From contig CAKZRD010000019.1 of the NCBI GenBank assembly GCA_937143345.1, positions 9,116-73,115 of the forward strand: DNA of 64,000 bases, written 5' to 3'. Source of the stretch: an uncultured archaeon. GTDB taxonomy: Archaea; Nanobdellota; Nanobdellia; Pacearchaeales; GW2011-AR1. Of the stretch, positions 59,466 through 64,000 are shown piece by piece. Under the pieces are notes generated by a model. That model saw only the letters and a list, made by a program, of their open reading frames with translations. It was not told the DNA's origin and did not search any database. Position 1 is the stretch's first letter. Every line of letters starts with the position of its first letter. The position numbers were made by a program, and so were the translations under genes.

Positions 59466-60161
59466 TTATTTTTTCCTTTTTTCTACTTTTTCAATTTTTC
59501 CGTCTTTGATCCAACAGATTCTTTCAGCATATTTTAATGCAACACTCATATCATGAGTCACGACGACGATTGTTTTTCCATTCTTGTGAAGTTTTTCCAA
59601 AAAATCTAAAACAATTTGACCTGTTTTTGAATCTAAATTTCCTGTTGGTTCGTCTGCCAAAATAACTTCTGGATCATTGACTAATGATCTAGCTATCGCA
59701 ATTCTTTGTTGTTCTCCTCCGGAAAGCTGTTTTGGATAATGGTTTTGTCTCCCTTCTAATTGAACTAACTTTAATAATTCTAATGCTTTTTTTTCTTGTT
59801 CTTCCTCGGAAAAAGTCTGAAAACTCATTGGGAGGATAATATTTTCTTTTGCTGTTAAGGAAGGAATTAAATTAAACTGTTGGAATATAAAACCTATTTT
59901 TCTTCCCCTTATCTGAGCAAGTTCTGACTCTCCTAAATGAGAAATATTGTATTCGTCTAAGAAAATTCTCCCTTTTGTTGGGGTATCTAAACAACCAATA
60001 AGGTTCATCATCGTTGATTTTCCACTTCCGGAAGGTCCTAACACTACTAAAAACTCTGACTCCTTAACAGAAAGATTAATACCTGAAAGAGCATAAACCT
60101 TATTTTCTCCCATCTCATAAATTTTATAAACATCTTCAAGTCTTATTATCTCTCTTTTCAT
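59466..60161 (-). CDS. ABC transporter ATP-binding protein (LolD/MacB type)
   Basis: GPSGSGKST, LSGGEQQR, ILADEPTGNLDS, VTHD. Confidence 0.95.
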   Translation of the reverse strand: MKREIIRLEDVYKIYEMGENKVYALSGINLSVKESEFLVVLGPSGSGKSTMMNLIGCLDTPTKGRIFLDEYNISHLGESELAQIRGRKIGFIFQQFNLIPSLTAKENIILPMSFQTFSEEEQEKKALELLKLVQLEGRQNHYPKQLSGGEQQRIAIARSLVNDPEVILADEPTGNLDSKTGQIVLDFLEKLHKNGKTIVVVTHDMSVALKYAERICWIKDGKIEKVEKRKK

Positions 60162-60211
60162 TTAAAAAAGAATAACAAAACATTTAAAAATCTTCTTTTT
60201 ATCAAAATTTT

Positions 60212-60409
60212 ATGATTATTCCGATTAGATGTTTTTCTTGTGGAAAACCGATAGGCCACTTATGGAAAAAATTTAAAGAAAGAACTTCAAAAGGTGAAGA
60301 TACAAAAAAAGTTTTAGATGAAATCGGTTTAGAAAGATATTGTTGTAGGGCGGTTTTTTTAGGTCATGAGGACTATATAGATCTTATAAACAAATTCAAA
60401 AAATATTGA
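60212..60409 (+). CDS. rpoN: RNA polymerase subunit N (Rpo10)
   Basis: MIIPIRCFSCGK...RYCCR. Confidence 0.95.
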   Translation: MIIPIRCFSCGKPIGHLWKKFKERTSKGEDTKKVLDEIGLERYCCRAVFLGHEDYIDLINKFKKY

Positions 60410-60457
60410 TTTAAATAAAGATTTTAGGAAAAATAGTTTTATATTTTATAAAAAGGA

Positions 60458-60570
60458 TGAGACAACTTTGTGCCTTCCCGCTTATTCAGCAGTACAAACA
60501 CAAACGTCCGAAGCTTAACTTCTGTGTTCGGAAAGGGAACAGGTGTTACCAACGGACTATGGTCGTCTCA
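60458..60570 (-). rRNA. rrf: 5S rRNA (stand-alone)
   Basis: Minus strand TGAGACGACCATAG...ACACCTGTTCCCTTTCCGAACACAGAAGTTAAG...GTACTG...GTTGTCTCA; terminal helix pairs. Confidence 0.9.
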
Positions 60571-60689
60571 AAATTTTTATTCTTTTTAACTTTTTAAATC
60601 TTTTTATATCTGTATTAAAAAGAAAATTAAGAAAAAATACATTTCTTAAAGATTTTTTAAGCAATTTATCATTCCTAGAATAATTTAAA

Positions 60690-60815
60690 AAACTATATTA
60701 TTGAATCTGTCCTTTACAAAAATTTCTGTGTTTATTCCAGTTCCTGCCCCACATCTAAAATTCTACTATTTTTTGAGAGATACTTTTTTAAAAATCTGCT
60801 GCTTTTAGTAATCCT
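60690..60815 (-). pseudogene. Class I SAM-dependent methyltransferase remnant
   Basis: FLKKYLSKNSRILDVG/AGTGINTEIF, with a 1-nt frameshift inside the motif I G-run (~60747-60750). Confidence 0.5.
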
Positions 60816-60970
60816 TAATTATATCTACGAACGATTGGGGATTAGCTCGCTATACGTCTTTTAGAAAATAAGCTGTTGAGAAACATTCTGGATTTACTTA
60901 AACATAAAATTAGTTCGACAGAAATTTATACTATTGCTGCGAATAGAGACACAGAAAGATTAAAATATTT

Positions 60971-62455
60971 TTAGTTTCTTTCTACACTTTCTGCTATCTT
61001 CTCTACTTCAATTATTGCTGGTTTGTTTTTTGTGAAAAAATCTATTGATTCTTTTAGTTCTTTATGTGTTTTAGCATATTCTTCTATTGAAATTCCTTTT
61101 TGATATGCTTCACATGCCTGAACTAAAGCAGTAGCGCCTACTCTAGTACCCTTTGGATGTGCATGTACTCCTGCCCCCATGGTTGTAATAAAATCAACAT
61201 TCCCCATAACTTCGATAAAAGGTTTAAGTTTAGTAGGGTTTAATCCGCCTGAAATAATTGGGCAACATTTTTTTATCCCTCTCCAAGAATCATCTTCTAA
61301 AATAATGTGGTGTGCTAAATCTTCATGAACTAATTTGATTAAATCTTTATCTTCCTCTGGAATTTTTGTCCATTCTTGTTCAAAAAAGTGCCCTTTTGAT
61401 TTAAAATATTGTATTCCATGGGCTGCGACGATATCTTCTTCTGGAGAACCTTTCATTTTTCCAACACCTGCTGTTCCTGTGTGAATTCCCGAAACTCCTG
61501 CTAAACGCGCGAATTTCGAAAGAACCAAAACAGAAAAACCAATCGGATTTTCAGGCCTAGTATAACCTCCGTGCCCTGCTCTATGAAAATGAATAAAAAC
61601 ATCGGGATATCTTCTTCTCAAAGTTTGGACAGCAGTCCAACCAGCAGTAATTCCATCAATTAAAAAAGCGTAACTTCCTTTCTCAAAACCTGCATTCCTT
61701 ATTAACTCACAACGCCTTATCATTTCGTCGAAATCGGCAGCAGAAACATTAAAAGAATGAACTTTTTTCTTTCGTGTTTCCCTAACTGCTTTGTCCATTG
61801 CCTTCTTTACATATTGGACCATTTTATCATAAGGACAAAAGTCCTGGTCTGCTTGCGGTTCATCGTTTTTAACAAAGTCCCCGCCGCCCGCCCAAAAATC
61901 ATAACAAACTTCAGCATATTCCGAAGCTGTTAAACCCATTTTTGGTTTTATTATTGTTCCTAAAATTGGCCTTCCATAAACATTAAGATATTTTCTCATA
62001 TCGTCTAAAGTGTATGAAGGTCCGTCATATTGTTCTAGCATTGCTGAAGGAAACCAAACATCCAAAAGTTTTAATGCTGACACTTCTTTTATTCCAAGAA
62101 TATTTCCTACAATAAAAGTTAAAATATTCTGAACATTGCCTTTTCTATCAAATAATCTCCACGGATATGCAATCCAAACAAGATTTCTTTCTAGATCCAT
62201 TTGATAAACTAATGCATTCATTTCTCTAGAAAAAGAAGTTTCTGTGTTTACTTTAAAATTTGTTCCCGTCGATGACTCTGCTGCTACTTCGGCAGCTGCT
62301 TGTAAAATGTTTAATTTTCCCCCAGGAACTAAACGAAAAACAGCTAAAAGATATTCCCCATTACGAGGATTTTTCAAATTTAAATTTACATATGCTTCTT
62401 GGTGAGGATTCAAACTTTTAACAAGTTCTTTAATCCGGGAATTTTCTTTTTTCAT
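60971..62455 (-). CDS. rbcL: RuBisCO large subunit, form II/III
   Basis: AESSTGT, GTIIKPKMG, GGDFVKNDE, HFHRAGHG, GVGKMKG, ISGG, GAGVHAHP; ~29-aa insertion (KIPEED...LEDDSW) typical of form II/III. Confidence 0.92.
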   Translation of the reverse strand: MKKENSRIKELVKSLNPHQEAYVNLNLKNPRNGEYLLAVFRLVPGGKLNILQAAAEVAAESSTGTNFKVNTETSFSREMNALVYQMDLERNLVWIAYPWRLFDRKGNVQNILTFIVGNILGIKEVSALKLLDVWFPSAMLEQYDGPSYTLDDMRKYLNVYGRPILGTIIKPKMGLTASEYAEVCYDFWAGGGDFVKNDEPQADQDFCPYDKMVQYVKKAMDKAVRETRKKKVHSFNVSAADFDEMIRRCELIRNAGFEKGSYAFLIDGITAGWTAVQTLRRRYPDVFIHFHRAGHGGYTRPENPIGFSVLVLSKFARLAGVSGIHTGTAGVGKMKGSPEEDIVAAHGIQYFKSKGHFFEQEWTKIPEEDKDLIKLVHEDLAHHIILEDDSWRGIKKCCPIISGGLNPTKLKPFIEVMGNVDFITTMGAGVHAHPKGTRVGATALVQACEAYQKGISIEEYAKTHKELKESIDFFTKNKPAIIEVEKIAESVERN

Positions 62456-62848
62456 AGCCTCTTTTTGTTTAAATTATTAGATTTCTATTTAAAAAAATTT
62501 TTAGATTTTATAAATTTTTCGTTCGGTGTTTTATAATCTTATTAAAATTTATCTTTTTTTTAGTTTTTTTAAGAATTTTTCCAAAAAGAACTTAACAAAT
62601 TTAAGTTTTATTTTTTTTTTAAATCTTATCCTTAAACTAAATCCTAATTGTCACACTTTCTGACCAAAACAACGACTACTCTCTCTTTATGATTTTTTGT
62701 ATATGTTTCTATTTGGTTCTGAAATCCTTCATTAAATTTTGGTTAATATTTTATTCTCAAACATATATTCTTGAAGTTATTATTTATTAATCAGAGACAT
62801 ATAAAAATCTATAAGTACATTCAAAAACAAATTCTTTATTACATTTTA

Positions 62849-64000
62849 TTAAACCTTTTCAACTTCCCATCTTTCTTTTTTATCTCGAACTTCCCAACCG
62901 AGAGATTTTAACTTTTCTCTTAATTCATCGGATTTTTTCCAATCTTTTTTTTCTCTTGCTTTTTGCCTTTCTTCCAATAATTCTTTTATTTCTTTTGGCA
63001 TTTCTGTTTCTTCTTTTTCCAATAAGTTTAGGGCTAAAACTTCGTCCATCTTTTTTATTGTTTTATATTTGCCTACTGCCTTTTCATCTCTAACTAACTC
63101 CCACAAAACAGAGAGAGCTTTTGGAGTATTTAAATCGTCGTTTATTGCTTTTTGAAATTCTTTTAAATATTTTTCATTTATTTTATCATCATTGATTATT
63201 TTGGAACAAATTTTTTTTAATTTTTTGAAAGAGGTTTGCGCATTTTCTAAAATTTCTAAAGAAAAATCCAACGGCTTTCTATAAATAGCTGTTAAAACAT
63301 AATATCTATAAGACAAGGGAAGAAATCCTTTTTCTTCGAGTTCGGAAAGAGTAAAAAGACCTCCTTTTGATTTCGAAACTTTTTCTCCTTTGAAAGTTAA
63401 AAAATTCTCGTGTAACCAATATCTAACAAATTTTTTTCCTGTTGCTGCCTCGCTTTGGGCAATTTCATTTGTGTGATGGACTGGGATGTGATCTACTCCT
63501 CCCGTATGTATATCTATTGTTTCTCCCAAATATTTCATCGCCATCGCAGAACATTCTATATGCCAACCTGGAAAACCAATTCCCCAAGGAGAATCCCACT
63601 CTTGTTGTCTTTTATCCTCTGGTTTTGAAAATTTCCAAAGAGCGAAATCTGTCTTGTTTATTTTTTCCCTCATCGAAACTCTTATTCCGGCATGTAATCC
63701 TTCGAAATCGATCTTTGCAAGATTTCCGTAATTTTTGAATTTTGAGGTATTAAAATAAATTCCGTCTGAAGTTTTGTATGTAAAACCTTTTTCTTCTAAT
63801 TTTTTTATTAGTTCTATTTGTTCTTTTATGTGCTCTGTCGCCCAACTCCAAACAAAAGGTTCTTTGATATTTAGTTTTTTCAAGTCCTGATGAAATAAAT
63901 TAAAATAATAATGAGAGATTTCTCTAGCAGTCTTTCTTTCTCTTTTTACTGCAATCTCTATTTTGTCTTCTCCGCTCTCATCTGCTCCGAAAGCATCACT
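62849..64000 (-). CDS. cysS: Cysteine--tRNA ligase (5' end outside window)
   Basis: DFALWK, GFPGWHIECSAM, DIHTGGVDH..HHTNEIAQ, KVSKS; frame stays open to the window edge (GEDKIE). Confidence 0.95.
   Translation of the reverse strand, partial: SDAFGADESGEDKIEIAVKRERKTAREISHYYFNLFHQDLKKLNIKEPFVWSWATEHIKEQIELIKKLEEKGFTYKTSDGIYFNTSKFKNYGNLAKIDFEGLHAGIRVSMREKINKTDFALWKFSKPEDKRQQEWDSPWGIGFPGWHIECSAMAMKYLGETIDIHTGGVDHIPVHHTNEIAQSEAATGKKFVRYWLHENFLTFKGEKVSKSKGGLFTLSELEEKGFLPLSYRYYVLTAIYRKPLDFSLEILENAQTSFKKLKKICSKIINDDKINEKYLKEFQKAINDDLNTPKALSVLWELVRDEKAVGKYKTIKKMDEVLALNLLEKEETEMPKEIKELLEERQKAREKKDWKKSDELREKLKSLGWEVRDKKERWEVEKV

Noticed and set aside
62456-62848. Long intergenic region between rbcL and cysS
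   Set aside because: AT-rich with only short broken frames; no convincing repeat, RNA structure or homology seen
923-63738. Many antisense or overlapping ORFs in the track (e.g. 923-1267, 25312-25674, 27101-27748, 47975-48589, 57400-57846)
   Set aside because: They are shadows of well-supported genes on the opposite strand or in another frame, with Phe/Ser/Leu-rich composition and no motifs
1-64000. CRISPR array, cas genes, integrase, transposase or provirus
   Set aside because: No regularly spaced repeats and no ORFs with such motifs were seen in the window

Overview
AT-rich chromosomal segment of a DPANN archaeon, most consistent with Pacearchaeota/Woesearchaeota-like Nanoarchaeota. Markers: PCNA, fused primase, Hjc, Rpo3/4/10, eL21, uS4/uS11/uS13, TrmY, RtcB-archease, form II/III RuBisCO, mostly leaderless genes. 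Housekeeping genes (ileS, metG, lysS, cysS, ppsA, sor-rbr, ogg, 2 tRNAs, unlinked 5S rRNA) are interspersed with many surface and pilus genes. The standout is a ~13 kb minus-strand cluster (21476-34829). It holds five pilin-like genes and a duplicated 'pilin + giant Cys-rich protein' module. The second copy of the module is split into two genes, and an intact Hint (mini-intein-like) domain plus three degenerate Hint-like fragments lie at the variable junction, just ahead of a hydrophobic helical segment. This is a candidate autoprocessed, modular host-attachment or effector system. Other items: a 4.2-kb island between paralogous ABC permeases with decayed aspS and gatE beside an intact small-protein/receiver/PRTase-like operon; a tRNA-Leu with AAG anticodon; a 98-bp MITE-like element; an unannotated short histone-fold gene; a diadenylate cyclase. 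All family calls come from motifs read by eye; no searches were run.
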